Both the position numbers and the translations under genes were made by a program. DNA of 63,586 nt, filler included, from Octopus bimaculoides (Eukaryota): NCBI RefSeq assembly GCF_001194135.2. It is 7 parts of 6 records of this genome, joined end to end, with 100 filler letters (N's around TTAATTAATTAA, not from the genome) between each part and the next. Parts side by side here need not be neighbours in the genome. Positions count along the whole stretch, not along the records: positions 1 to 23,229 come from NC_069006.1; positions 23,330 to 31,370 come from NC_069006.1; positions 31,471 to 36,893 come from NW_026301659.1; 4 more parts are not named here. One strand, written 5' to 3'. A model generated the notes under the pieces. That model saw only the letters and a list, made by a program, of their open reading frames with translations, was not told the DNA's origin and ran no database searches. Within the stretch, counting starts at the first letter, position 1. The number at the start of each line of letters is the position of its first letter. Shown here in pieces: positions 22,331 through 34,665 of this stretch.

Positions 22331-23229
22331 GTAAATTTTTGCATCATTACATTGTATATTTGTGTTTGTGATAGCAATAACGATGTCTGTTGGGGGTGAA
22401 AACCACAGTCGATTGAGTCAGTAAGACTTCGGATTACTAACTGGGCGGATTTGTGTTTCGTATCCCATCACAACTGCTATATCTGCCCAGGGTAAATTTC
22501 TTGCTTGAAAAACAGCATACAGCTAGGATAATTTGAAACGAGATCAAATGTTTGGCGGTCATCCAGCGATGTATTGGGTCGTTTTTATTTCATCGTATCA
22601 GCAATCAGTGAAAGCGTGTAGCCTAGTTATAAGGATGATCGCAAGATCATGTTTCCAATTCCCGGACCGGGTGCGCATTGTGTTCTCGAGCAAACACTTC
22701 GTTTATAAGTTACTTCATTCAATTCAGCTGTAAGATTAGTAACCCTACGACGAACTGGCGTCCCGTTCAGGGTAAATGCTGTGATATCGGTCACTTATAC
22801 ACCATGGGAACCGTGTGGCCGGCCCTTTGAGTCATAGATATCGAGACAGTGCTTACATCAGCCATAATTTTTTCTACTACAGGCACAAAGTCTGCAGTCT
22901 TGAGGGAGGGGGTGGGCTAGTTGATTTCATCGACTCCAATACTTGACTGTTATTTTATGGATCTCGAAAGGATGAAAGGTAAAAGTTGACCTCGTTGGAA
23001 TTCGAACTCAGAACGCAAAGACGGACGGAATGTCACTAAGCCTTTTACCCGGCATGCTAACGATTCTGCCAGCTCGCCACCTTCAGACTAAATATAATTA
23101 TTTCAAATTTTGGCACAAGGAGAACAATATCGGGGAAGGGAGTAAGTCGATTAGACTGACTCCAGTGAACAACTGGTACGTGTTTTATCGATCTCAATGA
23201 TCAACTGGTATGCATTGTATTGACCCCCC

Positions 23230-23329
23230 NNNNNNNNNNNNNNNNNNNNNNNNNNNNNNNNNNNNNNNNNNNNTTAATTAATTAANNNNNNNNNNNNNNN
23301 NNNNNNNNNNNNNNNNNNNNNNNNNNNNN
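23230..23329. other. Artificial scaffold spacer N44-TTAATTAATTAA-N44 (also 31371-31470, 36894-36993, 46345-46444, 59915-60014, 62426-62525)
   Basis: Identical 100-bp layout six times; the 12-mer gives stops in all six frames. Confidence 0.97.
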
Positions 23330-23346
23330 ATCTGTTAAAGTCTGTC

Positions 23347-23396
23347 ATACCGGCCATGACGAAGGGAAATAGCCCTGAAACTCGAGTCGCCTTTAT
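23347..23396 (+). ncRNA. Minimal type I hammerhead-ribozyme-like motif (Penelope-type), core variant
   Basis: GGC-C(A)TGACGA-AGGG[AAATAG]CCCT-GAAA-CTCGAG-TC-GCC. Confidence 0.55.
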
Positions 23397-24090
23397 ATAT
23401 TTATATTTATATATTTATATATTTATATATTTGATCCTTTATATTGAACACTCAATATTTCATCTACATTCAATACTTTCTTTCATGGTGCCATCCATTT
23501 TTATTTTATTTTATTTTATATTGTATATTGTATATTCCATATTCTATACCCCACATTGGTTCTGCAGGAATATAAATAAAACATAAAAAACAGACAGTAT
23601 TGGAACTCTTTTAAGCAAAATAATATATATATATATATGTGTTTGTGTATGTATGTATGTATATGTGCATAGACATGCCCCGCATTACGGCCTCAGGTTT
23701 TGGGATTTCGCGCTAACGGAATGTAAAGTTTGACCATTAATTTCGAGATACGACTGATAATTTCACTCTTACGAAAACTCGGATTGCGGAATTTTAACTT
23801 CTTCACACTTTAAAACTACACATTCTTTTTATCTCAATGGACAATTGTGTTTTAATTAAGATAAAAGCATATAGTTAACGATTTGAAAAGCTATCGTCGT
23901 GTTACACACATACATGTACACATACACACATACATGCACACACATACACACATGTAGATATAAGGAGCATAATGTGAATATACATACATGTGTGTGTGTG
24001 TGAGTGTGCACGCGCGTGTGTATATACATATATCTATACACACACATATATATACATGAATATGTCTGTCTGTATGTCTGTCTGTATGTT

Positions 24091-24121
<31 letters not shown>

Positions 24122-24187
24122 GCAGATTTGTATGCTTTATGTATGTATTCTCATACATATAGTTGTATATCTAGACATGCCAATATA

Positions 24188-25345
24188 TCAGGTCATCCCA
24201 TAAGTTTTGTCCGAATTTTGAATAAAGAAAACAAGTGATCAAATGTTATATTTAATTGAAATTTAATCATCAATGTACTTTCCCTGATTATCTATGACTT
24301 CCTTCCATCTATTAACAAGCTTTTTAATCCCATCAATGTAAAACTCTTTTGGTTTCAAAGCAAAGAACTCTGAAATGTCAGTTTCGACCTCCTCCTGGCT
24401 TGCGAAAGTTATGTCCCCCAAATGATTCTGTAAACTACGAAACAAATGGTAGTCTGAAGGAGCAAGGTAGGGAGAATAAGGTGGATGAGGAATTTTTTCC
24501 CAACCAAACTCTTCTATCTTCTGTGATGTGATCTTTGCAGTGTGCGGCCACGCATTGTCCTGATGAAACATCGCTCCTTTTCGATTCACTAAAGCGGGTC
24601 TTTTTTTCTTCAAAGCTTGGTTCAAATGTTCTAATTGCTGACAGTAGACTTGAGCATTGATTGTTGCATTAGGTGGTAACAATTCAAAGTGAATTACTCC
24701 TTTGCAATCCTACCAGATAGAGAGAAGAACCTTTTTTCCATGAAGTTCCCTTCTCGGTTGTGGTTGAGCTTTTTACCCTTTACCAAGCCACTGTTTACGA
24801 CGTTTAAGATTTCAATAGAAGATCCATTTTTCGTCACCAGTCACAAGTCTATCCAAAAAGGGTGAAATGAGTTCGCGAAAATGGAGAGAAGAGCAGATGT
24901 CAACTCAGGATTTGCGGTTGCTTTCGGACAATTCATGAGGCACCCATTTTCCAAGTTTAGGAACCTTTCCAAGTTGTTGAAGATGATGATGAACAGTTGT
25001 ATGTTTTGAACTAAGCTTTATTGCCAATTCTTCAACCGAATTATGCAGGATTTTCTTCAAGTAATGCCCCAAGGAGCTTATCCTCAAACTCAACTGGACA
25101 TCCTGTTTGATCTTCATTTTCAAGGCTGAAATCTCCACTTCTGAATTTTGCAAACCATCTTCTGCAAATTCTTTCATTCAAACATTCTTTCCCATAAACT
25201 GAGTGTATGTTTCNNNNNNNNNNAGTTTAAATGTACACAAATGCATAAAAATAATTTTTAATTCCATCCGACATTCTAAAATACTATTAAATTTCATTCA
25301 ATTTTAAAAAAGGTAAAATCGGACAGAACTTATGGGATGACCTGG
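24188..25345 (-). mobile_element. Near full-length mariner (DD34D-type) element, inactive
   Basis: 26-bp TIRs (TCAGGTCATCCCATAAGTTTTGTCCG / 2 mismatches) flanked by TA; WVPHEL, HQDNAWPH and YSPYLAPSDY motifs; ORF broken. Confidence 0.93.
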
Positions 25346-25809
25346 TATATTTAAATGATGAACTTCTGGAAAGTTTTACAGATTTTTACAGTTCCAGTGA
25401 TGGATTGGATCTTCGAGTATGTACGTATGTATGTGTGTATGTGTGTATGTATGTGTGTATGTGTGTATGTTTGCGTGTGTGTCTCTATCATCATCACCAA
25501 CACAACCACCAACTACAACAGTAATATATAGTACAAAGACAATATGCAAATCTGTTTCAACTAAAAACCATATAATGTGGTACCCTGGTGTATTTTAAAA
25601 GTTGAATGAGATGTGTTTGAGCTAAGGTCTCTAAGGATTGACCTGAGATTAAACAGTCACGAAAATGCAGTTAGTGAGAAGCAATAGAACCAGCGCAACA
25701 CCTGCAGCACCCGCCCGCCATTACTAACATGTAAACCAATGCAACCCACATCATCACTATCATCAACTGGTTATAATAGATATCAGAATGTTCGCCAAAA
25801 CATGTATGC

Positions 25810-26199
25810 ATGAGTGTGTGTGTGTGTGTATGAGAGTATGTGTGTGTGTTTGTATATGTATGTGTGTGTATGAGAGTGTGTGTGTATGAGATTGTGTGTG
25901 TTTGTATACGTGTGTGTTTGTATACGTGTGTGTTTGTATACGTGTGTGTGTGTATGAGAATGTGTGTGTCTGTATACGTGTGTGTGTGTGTATGAGAGTG
26001 TGCGTGTGTTTGTATACGTGTGCGTGTGTATGAGAGTGTGTGTGTATGAGATTGTGTGTGGGTATGAGAGTGTGTGTGTGTGTGTAAGAGAGTGTGTGTG
26101 TGTGTATGAGAGTGTGTGTATGTTTGTGTACTTGTGTACTTGTATGTGTATGAAAGTGTTTGTGTGTTTGTATACGTGTGTGTGTGTGTGCGCGTGTAT

Positions 26200-26244
<45 letters not shown>
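25810..26244 (+). repeat. Compound (TG)n / TGTGTATGAGAG minisatellite
   Basis: Seen directly. Confidence 0.9.
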
Positions 26245-27339
26245 NNNNNNNNNNNNNNNNNNNNNNNNNNNNNNNNNNNNNNNNNNNNNNNNNNNNNNNN
26301 NNNNNNNNNNNNNNNNNNNNNNNNNNNNNNNNNNNNNNNNNNNNNNNNNNNNNNNNNNNNNNNNNNNNNNNNNNNNNNNNNNNNNNNNNNNNNNNNNNNN
26401 NNNNNNNNNNNNNNNNNNNNNNNNNNNNNNNNNNNNNNNNNNNNNNNNNNNNNNNNNNNNNNNNNNNNNNNNNNNNNNNNNNNNNNNNNNNNNNNNNNNN
26501 NNNNNNNNNNNCCCTTAACGTAGTTCTCAAGAGTGTGACAAGGCTGGCCCTTTGAAATACAGGTACAACAGAAACAGGAAGAAAGAGTGAGAGAAAGTTG
26601 TGGTGAAAGAGTACAGCAGGGTTCGCCACCATCCCCTGCCGGAGCCTCGTGGAGCTTGAGGTGTTTTCGCTCAATAAACACTCACAACGCCCGATTTGGG
26701 AATCGAAACCGCGATCCTACGACCGCGAGCTGGCTGCCCAAACCACCGGGCCATTTCGCCTCCACTGTAATCATGTAACACTTTCTCTTCCTCGGTCCTT
26801 CACCTTTTCGTTTCGTTTTCATCATTGCATACATAGAAGTCATGTGCCTTTAGTAGAACAGAATATTACATACATAGGAAAGGCAGCGAAGTGGCAGAAT
26901 GGTTAGCATGCTGTATTTCATCTGTCTTTACGTTCTGAGTTCAAATTCTGCCGAGGTCGACTTTGCTTTTCATCCTTTCGGGATCGATAAATTAAGTACC
27001 AGTTGCATACTGGAGTCGATGTAATCGACTGACCCCACCCTCCCAAATTTCGGACCTCGTGCCAAAAGTAGAAAAGAATATAAGTTATATTTTAGGGCGG
27101 TGAGCTGGCAGAATCGTTAGCACACCGGGAGAAATGCTTAGCGGTAATTCGTCTGTCTTTATGTTCTGAGTTCAAATCCCGCCGAGTTCGACTTTGGTTT
27201 TCATCCTTTCAGGGTCAATTAAATAAGTACCAGTTATGCACTGGGGTCGATGTAATCGATTTAATCTGGTTGTATGTCCTTGTTTGTCCCCTCTATGTTT
27301 AGCCCCTGTGGGCAATAAAGAAATAAATAAGCTATATTG

Positions 27340-28790
27340 ACAAAACATTAAATTTTGCAACGTCTGCAGAAGGAACAATACGTGACAGCAGAGAGAAAAT
27401 TTTATCAGGTACTCAAGAAGCTATTCCGTTAACTGCCCGGACCGTATTTTTCCATAGATCTAACGTAATACTTAAAATGGAACGACTCCTGAGTGTATGG
27501 ATTGAGGATCAGGATCAGGATTGGTGTAATGTGCTGATAAACACGACAGTAATTCAAAAATAAGCCAAAAGTTTATTTGACGATTTGCAAAATAAAAAGA
27601 TGAAATCTAGTGAAAAACGCTTTTTGGTTAGTAAAGGGCTGGTTTGAAAGATTTAAGAAGCGCATGAATTTGTACAGCATAATGATGACTGGTGAAGCTG
27701 CGAGTGCTGAAACAGAGTCTGCTACGAAATATCCTGAGCAGTTGAAGAAAAATGGTTGCTGCAGAGGGTTACAAACCGGAGCAAGTGTACAGCGTTGATA
27801 AGATTGCAGTTTGTCTGGAAGCACATGCTAGCTGGGACTTTATTTCTGGAGAAGAAAAATCAACGTCAAGATTTGAAGCCCAAAAATCGTCTGACGCTTT
27901 TTGGGTGAGTAAATACCGTTGGTGATATGAAATTTACGCCTCTACTTATGCATCACTCTGAAAATCCAAGGGCGTTCAAAAATTACTCTAAATTTAATCT
28001 ACCTTTAGTTTGGTGTTCAAATAAAAAGGCATGGATGACTAAGAGCCTTTTCAAAGAGTATTTTATAAGCTTTCGTTTGTCCTGCTGTAGAAAGGTAGAA
28101 GGCGAGACAATATTTCCAGCAAAGCATGGCTTTTTTAGACAATACACTGAGCCTTTCAGCCAACCTAGAAGACTTTTCCGATAATGTAAGAGTAGAACAT
28201 ATCCCAAAGAATACTTTTTCGCTCTAGCCAATGGATCAAGGTGTGAAAGCCAACTTCAAGGCATATTATATGAGAAGAACTTAAGAAAGCAATTGACAAG
28301 GAAAATGAACCTATAATTAGAGATTTCTGGGTGATGTGGATAAAGTAGCAGAGTCATGGCGGGGAAGTGAAACCTTCCACTTTGAATACTGCTTGGGGAA
28401 ATATATGGCCGAGTTTTCATCAAGAAGAAAGTCGACATCAAATTCGGAAAGATGCTGTGACACTGAAAAAAGGTGTAAGATTTGAAGAAGTCATAGAATA
28501 TGATGTGATTGAGTTGCGAGTGTCCCAGAAAGAAAATTTCTCTTACGAGGGGCTGATGTTAGAAAAAGAACAAATATAGATGAGACGACAGAAGTTCCAC
28601 CTACACCTCTTAAATTAACGACAAAAATTATTGCTAACGGGTTGGCACTTATAGAGGTCTGCAGATTTTTGCTGGTAATGATCCTAATTGTGAACGTAAC
28701 ATAAACATTACGAGAGGAATTTACCATAAGTTCGGTTCCTATACTGCCATTCTGGTTGTCTTTTTTCATTTTTCTACAAAATTCTGATGG
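27340..28790 (+). mobile_element. Degenerate Tigger/pogo transposase
   Basis: MERLLSVWIED; SKGWFERFKKR...TGEAASA; KFTPLLMHHSENPRAFKN...WCSNKKAWMT; MDQGVKANFKAYY; multiple frameshifts and stops. Confidence 0.88.
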
Positions 28791-28912
28791 AGTGAATAAC
28801 TTTTATTTTAAGAGAACTTTCTTTCAAATATTATCGCTGTATCAAGTATTTATGGCAAAACTTTTACACACAGGTACACACACATACACACACATACACA
28901 TACACACACACA

Positions 28913-28948
<36 letters not shown>

Positions 28949-29463
28949 TATANNNNNNNNNNNNNNNNNNNNNNNNNNNNNNNNNNNNNNNNNNNNNNNN
29001 NNNNNNNNNNNNNNNNNNNNNNNNNNNNNNNNNNNNNNNNNNNNNNNNNNNNNNNNNNNNNNNATATATATATGGTTTAGCAGTTTTTAGAAAGTATTGC
29101 ATTAGTTTAAAAATGCATTGGCTTAGAGCTTAAACAGGAAGGGAAAGTATCTTAACGTTTCGGATGCTATTACTTTCTCAAAAGAAATGTATTAAAAAAT
29201 GTATAGCAAATATGGAAAAGACGAATTATGGTTGAGAAGAAAAAAATTCGTTGATGTGTTAGGGTTCAGGTAGAAATGTAATTCTATGAGAGACAATCAA
29301 AATGAGCGAGGAACGGGAGTGAAGGCATGTTTGGGAGTGTATCCGCGTTTTAAGGCAGCAATAAGCGGGGGAATGCTATGCGTGTGCATGTGTGGGTAAG
29401 ACAACGTAGGAGACATACAAACTCGTCGAATTTAACTATTTCTTCGAGGACTGAAAAAATAAT

Positions 29464-29515
29464 GAATATCTTTAATCGAATTTCGACCTTTTTGAGGGTC
29501 TCATCAGAGATGTTC
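29464..29515 (-). ncRNA. Minimal type I hammerhead-ribozyme-like motif, slightly decayed
   Basis: GAACATCT-CTGATGA-GACC[CTCAAAAA]GGTC-GAAA-TTCGAT-TA-A-AGATATTC. Confidence 0.55.
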
Positions 29516-29870
29516 GCGTCACTTGACTCATTCCAGACAAATAAATAGCAAATTTATTTATATACACATCAAAGTTAGCAGCTCCAAAGAGCTGGAACTA
29601 CTAATTTGCATAACATATCTGTATGTATGCATGCATGTATGTATGTATGTATGTATGTATGTATGTATGTATGTATGTATGCACGCATGTAATCATATAT
29701 ATACGCATATGATTCTTGTAATATCGCCTGCGAGATTTGAACGTCACGTCTGCTGTAAACCGTACGATTGTGCTAACCACTACACAAATGTGACATCATA
29801 ACTATGAATATGTCCATATATGCATATACGTATATATGTATACGAGTATATATACATATATAACCTGCAC

Positions 29871-29948
<78 letters not shown>

Positions 29949-30744
29949 NNNNNNNNNNNNNNNNNNNNNNNNNNNNNNNNNNNNNNNNNNNNNNNNNNNN
30001 NNNNNNNNNNNNNNNNNNNNNNNNNNNNNNNNNNNNNNNNNNNNNNNNNNNNNNNNNNNNNNNNNNNNNNNNNNNNNNNNNNNNNNNNNNNNNNNNNNNN
30101 NNNNNNNNNNNNNNNNNNNNNNNNNNNNNNNNNNNNNNNNNNNNNNNNNNNNNNNNNNNNNNNNNNNNNNNNNNNNNNNNNNNNNNNNNNNNNNNNNNNN
30201 NNNNNNNNNNNNNNNNNNNNNNNNNNNNNNNNNNNNNNNNNNNNNNNNNNNNNNNNNNNNNNNNNNNNNNNNNNNNNNNNNNNNNNNNNNNNNNNNNNNN
30301 NNNNNNNNNNNNNNNNNNNNNNNNNNNNNNNNNNNNNNNNNNNNNNNNNNNNNNNNNNNNNNNNNNNNNNNNNNNNNNNNNNNNNNNNNNNNNNNNNNNN
30401 NNNNNNNNNNNNNNNNNNNNNNNNNNNNNNNNNNNNNNNNNNNNNNNNNNNNNNNNNNNNNNNNNNNNNNCACTACATATACTATTTATCATCTGCTGTT
30501 GTTTTCCTACACGTTTATTTTGATGAAGGTGGGAAATTTCACACCAAGAGACAAATAATTAATACCTGGAAACTTTTCAAAAATTACCTCAATTAACAGA
30601 AGAGTGTAGTCATTGTTAAACCATTGCTGATCCTTACTTCACTTTAATTTCAATAATAACTACTTCTGGTTGCATTTCTTCCTCATTATTATCTCTGCAT
30701 TATTTACGTTTTTACGACCTGATAAATATGTATACATAAGTATG

Positions 30745-31007
30745 TAGAAGTGTGAGAGGTACTTGAGGACATATTTGGTAATTTAATAAAACAACTCTAA
30801 TTTTAGCAAAAACCAAACGTGTTTTTATAAATATCTATGCAAATGTTCTCTGTAAGCTTTCTAAGATTATTCTATGAATCCACCTTCTGCTTCGATAATT
30901 GCTTCAACGTGGGACTGAAATCGTTGACATGTCTGCACTAAATGGTGCTTAATCATTTCGGACATCACCTGGACAACGGCAGCCTTCACTGAAGCTATGG
31001 CATTGTG
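30745..31007 (-). mobile_element. Tc1/mariner-superfamily (maT/DD37D-like) transposase C-terminal relic
   Basis: Minus strand 31007-30867 reads HNAIASVKAAVVQVMSEMIKHHLVQTCQRFQSHVEAIIEAEGGFIE*. Confidence 0.75.
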
Positions 31008-31470
31008 ATGATGTTGGTTAGTTTCATTTTTAACAATGCTCTACACGTACTTAGACCATTTGATTTCAATCTGGCGCGTTTGGAGGCCACAAATTTGGTG
31101 TTAAATGATCGTAAATATTGTCGTCTGGCATCTATTCTTGCATTACGTGGGTTTTATAAGAAGGTGTCGAGCCTTTTTAAAACACGTATGGCCTTCTACT
31201 GCGTATTTCATTCATCCAGGGCTTAAGAATTGTCTGCAGCACGGGAACGTAAACACACCAGCATCGGTTGTCAAGCGATGGTGGGAGGACAAACACAGAC
31301 ACACAAACATACACATACACACACACACACATACACACACACACACACACACACATATACATATATATATNNNNNNNNNNNNNNNNNNNNNNNNNNNNNN
31401 NNNNNNNNNNNNNNTTAATTAATTAANNNNNNNNNNNNNNNNNNNNNNNNNNNNNNNNNNNNNNNNNNNN

Positions 31471-32346
31471 CACAAACGTACTCACACAGGAGAGAAACCA
31501 TATCACTGTGATATCTGTGGCAGATTGTTTTCTCTAAGTTCTGTCTTAACTATACACAAACGTATTCATACAGGAGAGAAACCATATCATTGTGATATCT
31601 GTGGTATATCATTTGCTAGAAGAAATGATGTGATTAAACACAAGCGTACACATACCGGAGAGAAACCATATCGCTGTGATATCTGTGGTAAATCATTCTC
31701 TCAAAGTAGTAATTTGTCTTCTCACAAGCGTAGTCATACAGGAGAGAAACAGTATTGCTGTGATATATGTGGTAAGTCATTCGCTCATAGAAATAGCATA
31801 ACTATACATAAACGTAGCCATACAACAGAGAAACCATATCACTGTGATATCTGTGGTAAATCATTTTCTGAGACAAGTTGTTTAGCTTCTCACAGACGTT
31901 CTCATACTGGAGAAAAGCCATATCACTGTGACATCTGTGGTAAATCATTCTCTATAAGTTCTAGCTTAACTATTCATGAACGTAGCCACACAGGAGAGAA
32001 ACCGTATCACTGTCATATCTGTGGTCAGTCATTTTCTCAGAAACATCACATGACTAGACATAAACGTATTCACACAGGAGAGAAACCATACAACTGCGAT
32101 AGCTGTGACAAATCATTTGCTGGAAGTACTGACTTGATTAAACACAAACGTACTCACACAGGAGAGAAACCATATCACTGTGAGATCTGTGGTAAAACAT
32201 TCTCTCAAAGTTGTAACTTATCTTCTCACAAGCGTACTCATACAGGAGAGAAACCTTATCACTGTGATGTCTGTGGTAAATCATTCTCTCGATTTGACAG
32301 CTTAACTAAACACAATCGAATTCATACAAGAAAAAAACTACATTAG
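31471..32346 (+). CDS. Tandem C2H2 zinc-finger protein, terminal exon (10 complete fingers plus a partial one), 5' end lost at an assembly join
   Basis: Open from the gap edge ([20 protein letters not shown]...) to TAG at 32344-32346; canonical TGEKP linkers and 28-aa period. Confidence 0.92.
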   Translation, partial: HKRTHTGEKPYHCDICGRLFSLSSVLTIHKRIHTGEKPYHCDICGISFARRNDVIKHKRTHTGEKPYRCDICGKSFSQSSNLSSHKRSHTGEKQYCCDICGKSFAHRNSITIHKRSHTTEKPYHCDICGKSFSETSCLASHRRSHTGEKPYHCDICGKSFSISSSLTIHERSHTGEKPYHCHICGQSFSQKHHMTRHKRIHTGEKPYNCDSCDKSFAGSTDLIKHKRTHTGEKPYHCEICGKTFSQSCNLSSHKRTHTGEKPYHCDVCGKSFSRFDSLTKHNRIHTRKKLH

Positions 32347-32470
32347 TGCGATATGTTGTAAATCATTGATACGAAGAGGTGATTAACTAAGCACAAATAA
32401 ATTTTTACAGAAGAGAAACCATGTCTCTGTGATATGTGGTAATTCATTCTCTTAGAAATATACCATAATT
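32347..32470 (+). pseudogene. Two decayed zinc-finger units after the stop codon
   Basis: With frameshifts it reads CD-CCKSLIRRGD-TKHK*IFTEEKPCLCD-CGNSFS*. Confidence 0.8.
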
Positions 32471-33059
32471 TGTGGGTTCTCCTGTTATCAACGACAGGCA
32501 AGGATTCTGNNNNNNNNNNNNNNNNNNNNNNNNNNNNNNNNNNNNNNNNNNNNNNNNNNNNNNNNNNNNNNNNNNNNNNNNNNNNNNNNNNNNNNNNNNN
32601 NNNNNNNNNNNNNNNNNNNNNNNNNNNNNNNNNNNNNNNNNNNNNNNNNNNNNNNNNNNNNNNNNNNNNNNNNNNNNNNNNNNNNNNNNNNNNNNNNNNN
32701 NNNNNNNNNNNNNNNNNNNNNNNNNNNNNNNNNNNNNNNNNNNNNNNNNNNNNNNNNNNNNNNNNNNNNNNNNNNNNNNNNNNNNNNNNNNNNNNNNNNN
32801 NNNNNNNNNNNNNNNNNNNNNNNNNNNNNNNNNNNNNNNNNNNNNNNNNNNNNNNNNNNNNNNNNNNNNNNNNNNNNNNNNNNNNNNNNNNNNNNNNNNN
32901 NNNNNNNNNNNNNNNNNNNNNNNNNNNNNNNNNNNNNNNNNNNNNNNNNNNNNNNNNNNNNNNNNNNNNNNNNNNNNNNNNNNNNNNNNNNNNNNNNNNN
33001 NNNNNNNNNNNNNNNNNNNNNNNNNNNNNNNNNNNNNNNNATATATATATATATATATA

Positions 33060-33256
33060 CAGGGGTTGGACAAAATAATGGAAACCCTTTAAAATTTTAA
33101 ACAAATTTATTTTGATATGGGGTAGGACCGCCTTTGGCAGTAATTAAAGCTTGAATTCTGCGAGGTATGGACTTGTACAAAGTTTGAATTGTTTCCAAAG
33201 GAATTTTTGTCCATTCTTCAGCTAAAACAGTCTCCAGTTCTTGTAGTGATGATGGT
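33060..33256 (-). mobile_element. Tc1-like element 3' end
   Basis: TA|CAGGGGTTGGACAAAATAATGG TIR; minus strand reads PSSLQELETVLAEEWTKIPLETIQTLYKSIPRRIQALITAKGGPTPY. Confidence 0.88.
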
Positions 33257-33497
33257 TATCTACACATTGGAACTTGTCTGTTGTCAGTAATGGAACATGA
33301 AAGATGGACAGACATCAGGAAAAGACAGATGGGTCAGCAAACATTCTCTCCTGTCATTTGCTGGTTATTTTTCTTCAACACACATCCACAGAAGAAAATT
33401 ATAACAATATCAGAAGTGTATATGATATCAATGTCTCGGCTTCTTTATATCATGCATGTAAAATAAGCATATTGAGCTTTCCTTCTGATGTCTCATC

Positions 33498-33640
33498 CAG
33501 TGCTGTCTTAAGGCATAGGCTCCCTGGGTAGTCCCCCAAGGGCCCAATTCTTATTTATGTTTTGCCTTACTGCCAATAAAGAAATACTATAAGGCCAGTA
33601 CAGGGGTTTACCCAGGAGCCTACAATACTGCTTAGCTCTG
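33498..33640. mobile_element. hAT MITE
   Basis: CAG...CTG ends; internal inverted repeat TAGGCTCC(C)TGGGTA / TACCCAGGAGCCTA; 8-bp TSD GTCTCATC / GTATCATC. Confidence 0.75.
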
Positions 33641-34665
33641 GTATCATCTGCTGGTTATTTTTGTTTTCCCTCCATCTGTGTGCAAATAAACATTGTATTA
33701 GAGATGTGTGGTTTGAGGGAGATTTGGGTTTTATTTCTAGCATGTAGAGTCACCGCTTCAGTGCACTGAGGTCTTCTCTCATGTCTTCTACTGATTAGTA
33801 TTCTTGTGCATAAGATCTAATAAAAAATTTTAAAAAGTACTTTTTCATATCAAATTCTTATGTAATCTTAATCTATAACATTAACATGTTTGTATTAATT
33901 CTTTTTTTTAATATGTATTTTTCAAAAAGTGGTGGAGCACACATTGTAGTCATGTCCATAATAAAACCAACCTAATATATCAATTAAAATTAAATTATAG
34001 GAAATACATTTACACGTTACAAAAATATTTCCTCGAAAAGCAACAAATCTCAGTTTAAAAAGTCATCTTTCTCTGTTGACATAAAATTTATGTAGTGTTT
34101 TGTGGTTTCATAATTCTCAAAGATTGTTCTTCAGGAGATATTACAATATGACAGTATGTGCTGGTTGTACATAAAACAACATGGAGTATATTAATAATGC
34201 AATCTACATTTAAAACCTCAAAGGTGTAAAAATAAGACAATCTCTTATTTGGTGGTGGGCATTCAATAGAAACTAAAAGTTGCCAACAAATTATAAAATC
34301 TGACTAAAAAAGCAAAGCATACCAAAAGTCTGGAAGTTATTTTCTTAGGGTCCTCATTTTTCATTTGTATATTTTCTTTGGAAAATTTATCGGTAAACAT
34401 CCTACTCCATTTCAGTGTGGAAAAATCTTTTATCCATCACAAAGGACTTTTTTGGCCCAGAAAGCAGATGGGGTAGTGTAGTAAGAATCTAGGATTTTCC
34501 TCCCACTCGCTGCATTTTCTTCACCGTTTAATTTTTTTCCTGTATTGTCAATGAATATGAGATCCAAACTAGCTGCAAACTATTAGCTTTGTAGAAAAAG
34601 GAGGGGAAAAGGGAGAAAGACCATCGCAGTTTCGCAGATCCACACCCCACTGGTAAAGTTTCTTG

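Noticed and set aside
23274-23285. Recurrent palindrome TTAATTAATTAA
   Set aside because: Always centred in N44...N44; an artificial six-frame-stop spacer
27370-27408. Phase-1 exon-like segment (EGTIRDSREKILS) as the next FHAD1 exon
   Set aside because: It is the HTH region of the Tigger relic and has no FHAD1 similarity
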